Of a stretch of DNA of 64,000 nucleotides, positions 14,263 to 26,269 are shown piece by piece. Under the pieces are notes generated by a model. It was not told where the DNA came from and did not search any database. It saw only the letters and a list, made by a program, of their open reading frames with translations. The stretch is from Flaccisagitta enflata. Taxonomy: Eukaryota. Each line of letters begins with the position of its first letter. The stretch's first letter is position 1. The stretch spans positions 21,328,001-21,392,000 of the forward strand of contig OZ231126.1 of NCBI GenBank assembly GCA_965153355.1. The letters run 5' to 3'. The translations under genes and the position numbers were made by a program.

Positions 14263-14919
14263 GATTTTGTTCTTATTTCTCATCTTTTGGAAACGTCAAT
14301 CCAATAATTTAGCGAGGGAGAGTGAAACCGACAACGTCAAATTTATTTTTTGTCAAAAATCGCTTAGTTTTATATTTTCTTATGTATATGGAATACAAAA
14401 TAATTGGTTAGTGACATATATATGATTAAATTATCCTATATCAATTAGTATCTATTCATATAGATCACGGAGAGGCCAATAACTATCGTGAAATAGCGGT
14501 GTTCAAACAGTATATATCAGCTATGCCAATTTCATCATATTTAGTTAATTACGAACAAATAAAAACGCCTCTTAATATGGCGTTATGATTTATAACTTTT
14601 TATAGGAAAAACTTTGTAAAATTTGTGATCGAACGCCGTTGGCCGCGTCCAAATCGGCTCACCCGATCAGCGCCGCCAGCCTCGCATAAGTTAAAAAAAT
14701 TTAATCGAAAAAAAATCATCAAGGTTGTTGTCTGGTTTAGGCGCCGCGAAATTACGGCTGTTACGAATACTGATCAGAAGAAGATTTTTCCTTCCTGCAC
14801 AATTTTTTAAGATAGTAACTGATAAAGTTTATGTTTCAGCATATCATTCGAATCCTCTTTTCATGAAGAGTATGAAAATTATAATGGATATTATTTTCTC
14901 AAAAAGCTGTGGCTGTTGT

Positions 14920-16340
14920 GACCACAGACTCGAAAACCTTGACCACAGACTTGATCATAAACTTGAAACTTGCAACCACAGATATGGAAATCGCCCTCAC
15001 AGACTCGGAAATCGCCCCCACAGACTGGGAAATTGCGCCCCCAGACTCGTTAATCGCGCCCACAGACTCGGTAATTGCCCCCACAGACTCGGTAATTGCC
15101 CCCACAGACTCGGTAATCGCCCCCACAGACTCGGTAATCGCCCCCACAGACTGGGAAATCGACACAACAGACTGGAAAATCTAGACTGCAGACTGGGAAA
15201 TTTAGACTGCAGACTGGGAAATCCAGACCACAGACTCGGAAATCCAGACCACAGACTCGGAAATCCAGACCACAGATTAGGAAATCTAGACCACAGACTG
15301 GGAAGTCGAGACCACAGACTCGAAAATCGAGACCACAGACTCGAAAATCGAGACCACAGACTCGGAAATCGAGACCACAGACTCGGAAATCGAGACCACA
15401 GACTCGGAAATCGAGACTACAGACTCGGAAATCGAGACCACAGACTCGGAAATCGAGACCACAGACTCGGAAATTGAGACCACAGACTCGGAAATCGAGA
15501 CCACAGACTCGGAAATCGAGACCACAGACTCGGAAATCGAGACCACAGACTCGGAAATCGAGACCACAGACTCGGAAATCGAGACCACAGACTCGAAAAT
15601 TGAGACCACAGACTCGAAAATCAAGACTACAAACTGGGAAATCGAGACCACAGACTGGGAAATCGAGGAAACAGACTGGGAAATCGAGACCACAGACTGG
15701 GAAATCGAGACCACAGATTGGAAATTCAGGACCACAGACTGGAAATTCGAGACCACAGACTGGGAAATCAAGACCACACTGGGAAATCGAGACCACAGAC
15801 TGGGAAATCGAGACCACAGACTGGGAAATCGAGGCCACAGACTGGGAAATCGAGACCACAGACTGGGAAATCGAGACCGCAGACTGGAAATTTGAGACCA
15901 CAGACTGGAAATTTGAGACCACAGACTGGGAAATCAAGACCATAGACTGGGAAATCGAGACCACAAACTGGGAAATCGAGACCATAGACTGGGAAATCGA
16001 GACGACAGACTGGGAAATTGAGACCATAGACTGGGAAATCGAGACGACAGACTGGGAAATTGAGACCACAGGCTGGGAAATCGAGACCACAGACTGGGAA
16101 ATTGAGACCACAGACTGGAAAATCAAGACCACAGACTGGAAAATCGAGACCACAGACTGGGAAATCGAGACCACAGACTGGGAAATCGAGAGTTTGAGAC
16201 CACAGAGTGGGAAATCAAGACCACAGACTGGGAAATTGAGACCACAGACTCGGAAATCGAGAACACACTCAGAAATTGAGACCAGAGACTCGGAAATCAA
16301 AACGACAGACTCGGAAATCAATACCACAGACTCGGATATT
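14920..16340. repeat. 21-bp minisatellite (about 67 units; consensus GAGACCACAGACT(C/G)GGAAATC)
   Basis: Clear 21-nt period; degenerate continuation at 16880-17030. Confidence 0.95.
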
Positions 16341-16691
16341 GAGTGAGCAAGCGAGCCGGTGAATGGAGCGAGGGAGCAAAGCGAGTGTAGCCAAGCAGAC
16401 CGCTGCAAAAGCGAGTGAGCTAACAAACATAGCGGGCATCCAACCTGCATCCACACCCAAACCCCCACACACGGACCGACGGACCGACGGACTGACGGCC
16501 TCTTATGGAGTTGCGTGTCCACAACTAAAAAGATGAAATCGTGCTAGCGGCTAGGACCTGTTGTAATTCTCATACTCAGATCCCGAAATGTGTCAGATGA
16601 GAGAGCAGATAAACGGGGCTTCTTCGCTTCGAAACTTCCTTCGAATCTTCTTTTTCCACCTCTCAACATTCACGTCAGTGGACACATTCGC

Positions 16692-16726
16692 ACACACACA
16701 CATTCGCACACACACACACACACATT

Positions 16727-16820
<94 letters not shown>

Positions 16821-16840
16821 AGCACTGACACACGAGCACT

Positions 16841-16880
<40 letters not shown>
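16692..16880. repeat. (CA)n microsatellite
   Basis: Directly visible; another at 18667-18785. Confidence 0.97.
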
Positions 16881-16883
<3 letters not shown>

Positions 16884-17026
16884 CAAAAATTGCGACCACA
16901 GACTCGGAAATTGCAACAACAGACTCGAAAATTGCGCCCAGACTCTAATGTCATGACCACAGACTGCGTATTGCAAACACAGACTCAAAAATCGCGAACG
17001 GACTTGAAAATCAAGACAACAGACTG

Positions 17027-17177
17027 AAAACAAGGCCCTTTACACGGCAGCATTAGTCGCGGTCGGGTGGGCAGGAGTGGAAAACCTAAAAAAGTGATTT
17101 GTGACGGACGGACAGACAGACCGCCGGACTGACGGACCAAAAAGTGGCTTATACAGTTGCGTGTCCGCGACTAAAAA
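17027..17177 (-). mobile_element. HINE family A copy
   Basis: AAAACAAGGCC.TTTACACGGC...AGTCGCG...GGGCAGG...GTTGCGTGTCCGCGACTAAAAA. Confidence 0.72.
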
Positions 17178-17269
17178 TTGAAACTGGACTCAAAAATACA
17201 ACCGCAGACTCAAAACCGAAGACTGCAGGCGAATGTCAAGAAACGTCTAGTGGGCAGGGGTAGAACTAG

Positions 17270-18250
17270 CCATTCTTTTAATGATTCAAATTCAACAAAA
17301 CTATATATCACTGTATAGCTGATGAAGTAACATTCAAAAATGCTTAGAAGAATTTTGTTAACTGAGCACATTTTTCATGCAAATTAAGCTTAATTAGACA
17401 GATTTTGTACACAAAACAATACAAAATTAAGCATATCGTAGCAAATAAATCAATATGAGAATATTTTTTTACCTAAATAATGTTTAAACGCAATTGTGTG
17501 AGGATGTTTCATGGAAAAAAAATTGAAATATGATGAATTTTCAAAAAATCTCTGTAAGCACCATTTTTGGTTGGTTGGGCAGTTCGGTAAGAATTTCTTC
17601 CGCCAAGCTCTTCTTCATACTACTTATGTAGATACTCTTAAACAACTTTCATGCAAAATTTCAGCCAAATTGACTGACTCATTAAAAAGTTATGCCACTT
17701 TTCATTTTTTCATCAAGTAGGTTGGTTGGGCTGGTTGGGCTGGTCGGATTCATCTTCAGAAGACCAAATTTTTTCTCCTGATCTCTCTTGGTAAAGTCTG
17801 TTTTCCCGCAATAAATCATGGGTGTAGCTCAAAGGGTTCCTGAGATATGGGCAATTTTGTAAATTGGACAAATTGTATTTTTTTCCTTCAAAGTCCGCAA
17901 AATCTTGACTTCCGCTGAGAAGAAAATAACTACGATGATCGTCCGATGAGCAACACTTTCGGGACCAACAAAATATGAAATTTCATTGTGACTGAACGCC
18001 TGGGAGTTAAGACTTCAGATTTTTCAGTGTAGACTCAAAATTTCACGCTCTTTCACGTGGTGTAATCAGATTTTATGTTCATTGTGTCATTTTCACACCA
18101 TAGTGGCATATCTTAAGCATTAGGTATGCGTTAGGAACCAATTTGGGGGTGTTCGCGAATTGATACGCTCCAAGAAAAATTTTATTTCTCTGCTTAGGAT
18201 CCATCCATTAACACGAAAATGGAGAGGAGTGCCCCTCAAGTAGTTGTCCA
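17270..18250 (+). mobile_element. Unclassified ~1-kb interspersed repeat (DNA-transposon-like)
   Basis: Colinear reverse-complement homolog at about 44455-45470 (for example ATAGTGGCATATCTTAAGCATTAGGTATGCGTTAGGAAC). Strand is relative. Confidence 0.7.
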
Positions 18251-18663
18251 TCGAATGGCAAAAGAAAATATACTTAATGTTTAAGCAAAATGAGCAAAAT
18301 TGTCATAATGTTCAGCTTTGAGAGGAAAAAGGCAAAAAAAAAAAACAAAAACAAAAAAAAACGAGGAGGGGAAAATTTGATATTCACACCATTTTTGATA
18401 ACCTTTTGTTTAAGTAATGAGTTGAAATTTTTTGTGTATACTGTGGGATTGATAATGGTCAATGAAAACTCATAATATCATATGATAAGACATTTTTTTA
18501 TTTGTTTTACTTGCTATTTTCTGTCGGTCCGTCGGTCCATCACATATTTGAATTCCGGGCAGTTTTCGCATTACTGCTCCTGCCTAACCATCTGCGACTG
18601 TCTTGCCGTGTATCCAGCCTTGTTTCACTTGATCACCACAAATGGATCAACAGACTTCCGGCC

Positions 18664-18777
<114 letters not shown>

Positions 18778-18860
18778 AAACACACGCGCAACGAAAGCTT
18801 TTTTCTCTGAACCGAATTCGGAACAAGTCAGGATTTTTTTTTTGGTCGATTTGATTGGTC

Positions 18861-18925
<65 letters not shown>

Positions 18926-19007
18926 CAGAATCCAGTATATTTGTTTTGGCGTCATATTATGTATCATTGACAAGTACAGCAGCGATGACAACATTGTTAA
19001 CGACAGC

Positions 19008-19096
<89 letters not shown>

Positions 19097-19697
19097 CGCA
19101 AAATTGTTCAATTTGTTCAAGTGACAAGTCTTAGAATTTATCCATCGCAGGTTTTGAATTTTTGCTCTTCTACTTGCAAGGAATCTATTATTTCCAGTCA
19201 ATCTTTCTTGGTCTGTGTCAATTAAACAAAGCAATGCCTTCACCAGGGTTTCTTCACTAGGGTTTCTTTTACTAATAACATAATATTTAACTATGAGAAT
19301 TAAGATTCACCCCCCCCCCCCGATTAATATTCAATAGAAAATGACAAATTTCATCAAAAAATACAGTTATGAAAATAGACTGAAACCAAAATTTTGCCTT
19401 TTTTTGCACCCCGACTTAAGTCATGTGGTGTACTGTGGGACATAAAATTTTCATTTGAAACAAAAACAGTGGTGACAATGACTTGATTAACGGCTAACTT
19501 GATTAACGACTAAAGTGTTATTGTGTAGGTTGAACAGATGACATCACAAAATATTCAAAATCGACCAAAACTTGGTTTAACTCACTGCACGTTTCACGAA
19601 CGCTCAATTGTTCATGAATATGTATCACAAACATTCGTGAATCACAAATGTTTGTAGACGGACGGACGTAGACCACACCTCTTACAAAGTCGCGAGG

Positions 19698-19730
<33 letters not shown>

Positions 19731-19784
19731 CATAAGATGGCACATAAACTCTTTTAAGTTGCGGACACGCAACTCTATAAGAGC

Positions 19785-20990
19785 CCATCTTAAACTTGGA
19801 AATAAGCTTTGAAATTTGACATGCACATATGTTGGAGCCAAATTAAGCTGTATGTAAAAAATTATGAGGCTGTAAAAATTCAAAGGTACCTAAATTTTGA
19901 AAAAAACAGCTTTTTCGTGATTTTTGTAAAGAAAAAAATGTCGTTACCCCCCTAAAAGTTGACCGATTTGGACAAAATTTTTACTGGAGGTACTTCACAT
20001 TATGGACTACCTCCATGTGAAATTTCATCAAAATTAAGTACCAAAAATTGCGTTCGAAAATCCAAAATTCTGGAAAAAAAAACCAAAAATCGACATTGCC
20101 ATAATATGTCAGGCACCTATGAACCATGGGCCAAAATTCCTTTGGAAGACTCTTGGTGATGCCCAAAAAAAAATTGGCGGCCCTGAGAGCCTTTTTTGGG
20201 TGTCAAATAACAATTTAGCGAAAACCGTAAAACCAAAAAACGCGAAAATGGCCAATTTTTGGCCTTTTTTCAACCTGTAACCTCAGAAAAGTTGAAATAT
20301 GGCCCTGAAATTTCAAAAGCACATGTATTAGACCCTACTGATGCTTTTTTGTAAAAAAATTTACGTTTTTGAAAATTTTAAGGTACCTTAATTTTGAAAA
20401 AACGGCTATTTCGCGATTTTTTAAAAGAAAAAAATGCCGTTGCCCCCCTAAAAGTTGACCGATTTAAACAAAATTTTTACTGGAGGTACTTCACATTATG
20501 GACTACCTCCATGTAAAATTTCATCAAATCGGAGCACTTTAAGTACCAAAAATTGTGAATAGAAATGAGATTTTTCATATTTTTACGGATTTTTTTCTTG
20601 CTCACCTATCTTTGAGCGGTCATAACTTTTGAACGGTTTGACCGATTTGGTCGCGCAAAAAAAGGATGGACGCCCCTTGAAAAACTCTACATTTTGGTCA
20701 CCGATTTTTCATAAATCCATCAAAAAATGACTTGGCTATAATCGTTTGAATGGAAAAGATCAGCTGACAAAACTTTTCATGTGGACTAGGGCTAAATTTG
20801 ATGATGTTTGCGCCCCTCTAAGGCCAGCCAATGGGTCAAATCTTTGTTAAATAATCTTACCAAACATATAAATATACATTAGGACCAAGAACGAAACTTT
20901 TTGCCGATATTTAGATTTTCACTCCCCCTGGCTACCAATAGTGTATTACTGTAAATATGAAGCTGGGCTTGGTTTCAAAATATCCTAGAT
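19785..20990. mobile_element. DNA-transposon-like repeat with internal ~170-bp direct repeat
   Basis: About 19883-20050 is repeated at about 20380-20555; 20600-20930 is an inverted homolog of about 250-600. Confidence 0.6.
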
Positions 20991-23893
20991 TTTTAGGATT
21001 CTACGTATTTGTTCTCTTTTTAATTTTTAGGATTCTACGTATTTGTTCTCTTTTTAATTCTTATACGAACACACACCCCTTTTTGGTTTCGATCGAGATT
21101 AGGTAATGAGCCTTTTGTTTGTTTTTTTTTGAATCTCGAGAACTCAGTCGGCTGGTTTTAGGGTTTTAGTGTTGGGATCAGCTTGTTTTTAGGATTTGGG
21201 TGAGGGTTGGTGCGACTTAGGGTAAAGGTTAAGTGGGCTGATACAAAAAAGTGTGATATTTGAATCTAACGTTACGCATTTCTGTTCCTGTATTCGCTTC
21301 GTTTAACTATGATGAACAAACGGGCAAAGACTGCTTGACAATTTTTACCCATTTTTTTTATCTGAAGCCTTTAGGCATGTTTTGAGAAACAGCGGGCCAG
21401 CAATGATAAATTCATTATTTGTGACATAGATTTTTCAATGATTCAAAGTCATGTATATAATATGAGGTGACATAGAGGATCTTTTACGCATAATGATCTA
21501 AAGAAATGATATGTAATCATTCGATGGTGAGTTATATCATTATATTCAAGATTAGAATCAATACTACAGGGTGTGAACACATTTATGATTGTTGGCCCGT
21601 CAATTCTCGAATCCTACCTTTAAAAGAGATAGAAAAAGCTACTAGTAAAATAACTATGATGTTCTTAACTTTTGATCTATTTCAAGGCTTGATATTCTTA
21701 TAAACTAGGTTCTTATACTTAAAGAAAATTATAGTTAAAGTTATAGAAAATATAAAGTATTGTTATAAGAATTGGTGCCTTTTGTTGATGAGTTCAGGGC
21801 TGTACGAAGCAGAGAGACCTCTTTAGACCATTTCTTCTAGTGGGTAAACTTAAATTTGAAAAAAAGAACAACAAGAGTAGTGATGTCTTTGTAATAAAGC
21901 AGTTAACTCCAACTGCATGTTCGCATGAAGCTCCCTTGACCTTGTCTGTACCGTAGATATTGTTTAGAAATGTAAATGTAGGGGTAATGATAAGATCCTG
22001 AGTAATAATTATGCAAACAGATCTGAATTTTGGAGGCAGTGACAACCAGTGGCCCATGTAGATTATTTTTTCATTTTCAGTCGCAGACACATAACTCTAT
22101 AAGCTACATTTTGGTACATTGGTTGGTTGGTCCCTCTGACTGTCTCAAAACTGTATTTGAGGCTTTCTGCTCCTGCCCACGCATCTGTGACTAATACTGC
22201 CATGTATATGACCTGGTTCTGTCTTTGCAAAAACCAGTGCTGCCTCCACTGTCAATGGGGACTGTCCCAATGGCTGCCGATGTCACATAACTAACTCATA
22301 ACATCTGCAATCTCTGCTGTCTCGACTGCCTTCTCTTCCTTTTCTTGCTATCTCCAATCTCCAATTCATAACCTAGGACTACTGAATACCGCCAGCGACC
22401 CCTTACTCCCCCTACCTGCCATCCTCTTGACCCCCCCCCCCACCTCTTCCGTCCTACCACCCACCAACTACTATCTAGGAAAACAGTTTGGAAGCACTTT
22501 AAGTTTATAGTATGTTTTCTCCCTTATGCACTCAAAAATCATAAACCTGATTGTTTTGGTTATCTTTATATTCATATTAACTAGAACAAAAGAGAAAAAC
22601 AATCTTCAATCCAATTAAGGAACTGAGAGTTTGGTTTATTTATCACAACTAAGAGGTGGTTGTGGTAAAAATGGTATATTTTGGTCATTTTGGCTGCAAA
22701 ATTGGGCTACTTCCCTTTAGAAATCTGACTAAAAATCCATGGGATTATAAAACTAGAGCTCAAGAGCTAACCAGCGGTGCAATCCGCATATATTCATCAT
22801 TTTTATGTAAAATTTGAGAGCAATTCAATGATGGAAGGGTAGGAGAAAAAAAATCCTCCTTTTTTTGCCATTTTTGAATGTGCATGATCAACTTCAAACT
22901 ACTGGCATTTCTAAACGGTTTGATGCACAGAGACGAGATTGCACTCAGATTGTAGATTTTTTGACGATGATTAAAATGCTCGTAATTTTTTCTTATTTAT
23001 CTCAATGGGAAGTTGAGTTATTCTTCTTTGAAGGTGCTTCCAAACATATTTCCTAGATAGCACTATCCTCCCCAAGCTCCTCCATCTCTTCCGCCGCTGC
23101 CTCTTGTGCCCTTACATATCCTCTACCATCACTATCTTGCTAATATATAAATGGGCAAGCATTATTAGTCATAACAACCAAAAAAAAAATGCAAACATCA
23201 GAAATTCAGTGACAACATCGAATTTCCGATCAAATGGCACAAACCGCATTTTTATTCATCAAGAAATGACAAGCAGATTAAAGTTGCGACTTCAAGAAGA
23301 AAATGGCACAAATTTGCATTTCATGTTTTGGAAAACGTCGGAGACACCAATTGATGGAGGGTGGTGCTCTGGTGCGCATAACGGCGTCACAACGAAGCGA
23401 TTACAATGGCGTCAAGCTGTTTCCAGGTTGGCCAGAAAACAGACCAGACTTCAAACTGATTTGATCATCTTGATATCAAATCAAGAAGCTACAAAATTGA
23501 GAACGCGCCACGTTAGGGCGAGCCTGGAATGATGTGCTGTGGGAGAACTCCACGCCATCCTACCGTAAATTGCTTAAAAATTGATTTTTTTAAGACTTCA
23601 ACTGATTTGTTTTCTTTTTATTTTGAATTTAGTTGTACTTTGTGTCTTGCTCTGTCGCTTGTGACAAATAAAAGCTATGAAGCTTATAATATTAGAGTAT
23701 AGCTGGTCTTAAGGATGAAACTTATTTTCAATTAAGTAGAAGAGCCTTATCTTTGCCTGACATGAAGAGAAGTCACAATGAGTCTTGAAGTCATCTCTCT
23801 AGACTCTTGAAAACAAAAGTTGATCTACAATAAAATCCTGTATGTGCTTTGTTTTCTAGAGGGCCTGATTTCAGTATAGCTATGGTCCCACTC

Positions 23894-24370
23894 TTTTTTG
23901 GGTAGCAGCCCCGAAGAGGACTAAGTCCTGTAGAACACAGGGGGAATCTGTCCATACGTCCATCCGTACATCCGTCCCCCCTGCCCCATCCTCAGGGCTT
24001 CGTCTTCTTTGGGGCCTAAATCCAAGCAAAATGGCCCAAATCTAAGCAAAATGGCCCAAATCTAAGCAAAATGGCCCAAATCTAAGCAAAATGGCACAAT
24101 TCCAAGTAAAATGACCCCAATCTGGCTAGAAAACCTGAATTCTGGTCAAAGTTCTATCGTTTTGGCCGCTTTGACCTAGATTCTGGTTTCTAAAACCCTG
24201 ATCCTAGCCTCAGAGACCTAGATCTTGATCTCTGTGATCCAGATTCTAGCCTCAAAGACTTAAATCCTGGTCTCACTCACTCCTCAGAGACTCAAACCCT
24301 GGCCTCTGAGACCAAGAAATTGGTCTCTGAGTCCCAGATTCTGGCCTCAGAGACTCAGATCCTAGCCTTT
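23894..24370 (+). mobile_element. HINE-like family B copy with 20-bp internal tandem repeat
   Basis: TTTTTGGGTAGCAGCCCCGAAGAGGACTAAGTCCTGTAGAACACAGGGGG end; (AAATCTAAGCAAAATGGCCC)n at about 24018-24120. Confidence 0.65.
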
Positions 24371-24386
24371 TCCCCACTCAACTTAA

Positions 24387-25165
24387 CCTAACAAGTCATC
24401 CAAGGATTGCACATGGTCAGCGGTACCCGATGCCCTGCTTGGAGTGATCAGCAGAAGAAGTGGAGAGCAGGGCAGCGGCCCCAAAGGACCGATGTCCTGT
24501 AAGACACAGGGATGAATTTCCTTGCATCCTGAGAAGGCATATTTCAGGCTTTTAGAGCAATTTTCCATGATATTCAATGGGAGTTATATATTTTTTTACA
24601 ATTTCTTGTTAATTTTCCATGTTATTCAATGAGAATTTCATTTTTTATCAATTTTCCATGTAATCCAATTGCAATTTTGCAATTTTTTGTTAATTTTCTA
24701 TGTTATCAGATAGAATACAGTAGGACCCCGCCTCTTTGGTCCCATTGGGACCAAAGATTTTTCACCTTTATCTCAGGTTTACCTTTAAAGAGAAGTAAAA
24801 TAACATTAAATACTATCATTTGGGACCTTAAAATGTTGACCTTTATTGATGGGGAACCTTTAAAGGCGGGGCTGTTATTGCGGGGTCCCACTGTATATGC
24901 ATTTTTTTTTTTTTTTTTTTTTTTTTTTGCTATCTTTCCATGTTATTCAATGGGAAGTTTGTATTTTGTCATTTATCCATGTTATTCAATGGGAATTTTG
25001 GATTTTTTCATTAACTTATGTTATTCAATGGGAAGTTTGCATTTTGTTATTTTCCTATGTTATTCAATGGGATGTTTGAACTTTTTTATTTTCCCATGTT
25101 ATTCAATGGGAATTTGAGAATTCAGAAGCTTTGGGGGGGGACGTACGGACGTACAGACGTATGTA
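24387..25165 (-). mobile_element. HINE-like family B copy carrying a ~33-bp internal minisatellite and a nested MITE
   Basis: Same terminus as the 27713 copy (AAGTCATCCAAGGAT.GCACATGGTCAGCGGTACCCGATGCCCTGCTTGGAGTGATC); internal repeats TTCCATGTTATTCAATGGGA. Confidence 0.75.
24718..24893. mobile_element. Tc1/mariner-type MITE, 176 bp
   Basis: TA|CAGTAGGACCCCGC...GCGGGGTCCCACTG|TA; same-length sister copy at 33612-33787. Confidence 0.85.
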
Positions 25166-25726
25166 ACAGGTCTTACAAAATTAGGCGGAAAGAGATGAAA
25201 ACTTGTTGAAAAAGAGCTTTAAAATTGGAAATATAATCAATCTAAGAGATGGATATCACCAATTTATGTTCATTTTATCAACATTATGCGAAAAATGCCC
25301 AAAAAAGTAAAAGGCGATCCCCTAATGAACGTAAATATGCTGATGAGTGAAAGGTGACCAAATTTGGGATTGACACACTCTTCTTTTTGTTTTTTGCTCA
25401 ACTTTACCTTTAATTCCTCAACTGTGGTCAACATATACGGCTTTCTTTCTGCATGACTGACTCTCCTGCATCCACCAACTGCGTTACACAATAAATGGCG
25501 TTTTTTTTTGGCATTCTATCTTCTTCAAATGACGAATGGTAACGTCTTCACCTTTGCTACATTTATTCCGTAAAAATCAGCAATAATCTGACACCTCACT
25601 TTCGGTAAAACACCCCCCATATCGCCCTACCTGCAGGAAAGTTGCCAACATCGCCTTGCTACGTCAAAAAACGGGGTCTCAGCTATCTCCATGTCAAATT
25701 TTGTCATGCTGAGGGCATTTTTACTA

Positions 25727-25958
25727 TGAAAGTTGGACAACATTACTACTCCACACTATATAAAGGACAAGAGCCTTTGGAGCTCTTAATGGTGTTTAAT
25801 CCGGACCCATCACAACTATCCTTAAAATATCTGAAAGAAACCTCCCTTTTCAGAATCTATCACAAGACTTTCAAAAGATATGTATCATTTAGAAAAGTGT
25901 CACCAATTCCTGTCTAAACTTGAGATATGTAGACCACAAGAAAACACCTGATAAATAT
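25727..25958. repeat. Partial unit of the ~540-bp tandem repeat
   Basis: ATGAAAGTTGGACAACATTACTACTCCACACTATATAAAGGACAAGAGCC...CCTGATAAATAT matches the distal part of the units at 31.7-33.3 kb. Confidence 0.9.
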
Positions 25959-26269
25959 CTGTTGAGAGAAATGTAAAGCAACAATTTAAGCATTAGATTA
26001 CGATGCAATCTCTGAGCTTATTTTCATGAATCAATGGTAATACAGCGAAGAATGAACGAATGAATGTATAGAGTAACAATCAAATTTCAAGAAAATAGAT
26101 TTCACAATGAGACATATCACATGTACGGGCATTTTTGGTAGGAGCCACCGAATTTTGAAGGCATAATCAACGCGAGGCAGAGTTTAAATGGAAGCTAACT
26201 TATCTGCCTCATCTCAGATGTGTCGAGAAACCACGGCAGCCCAACCAACCATCCCCCCGCTGCGAGGTT

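Noticed and set aside
14725-16522. Long ORFs (250-490 aa) with heptad repeats; CRISPR-like periodicity
   Set aside because: They arise from a 21-bp minisatellite; there are no unique spacers or cas genes and the context is eukaryotic.
23104-23532. 142-aa non-repetitive ORF
   Set aside because: No recognisable motif and a non-ATG start; possibly a TE remnant.
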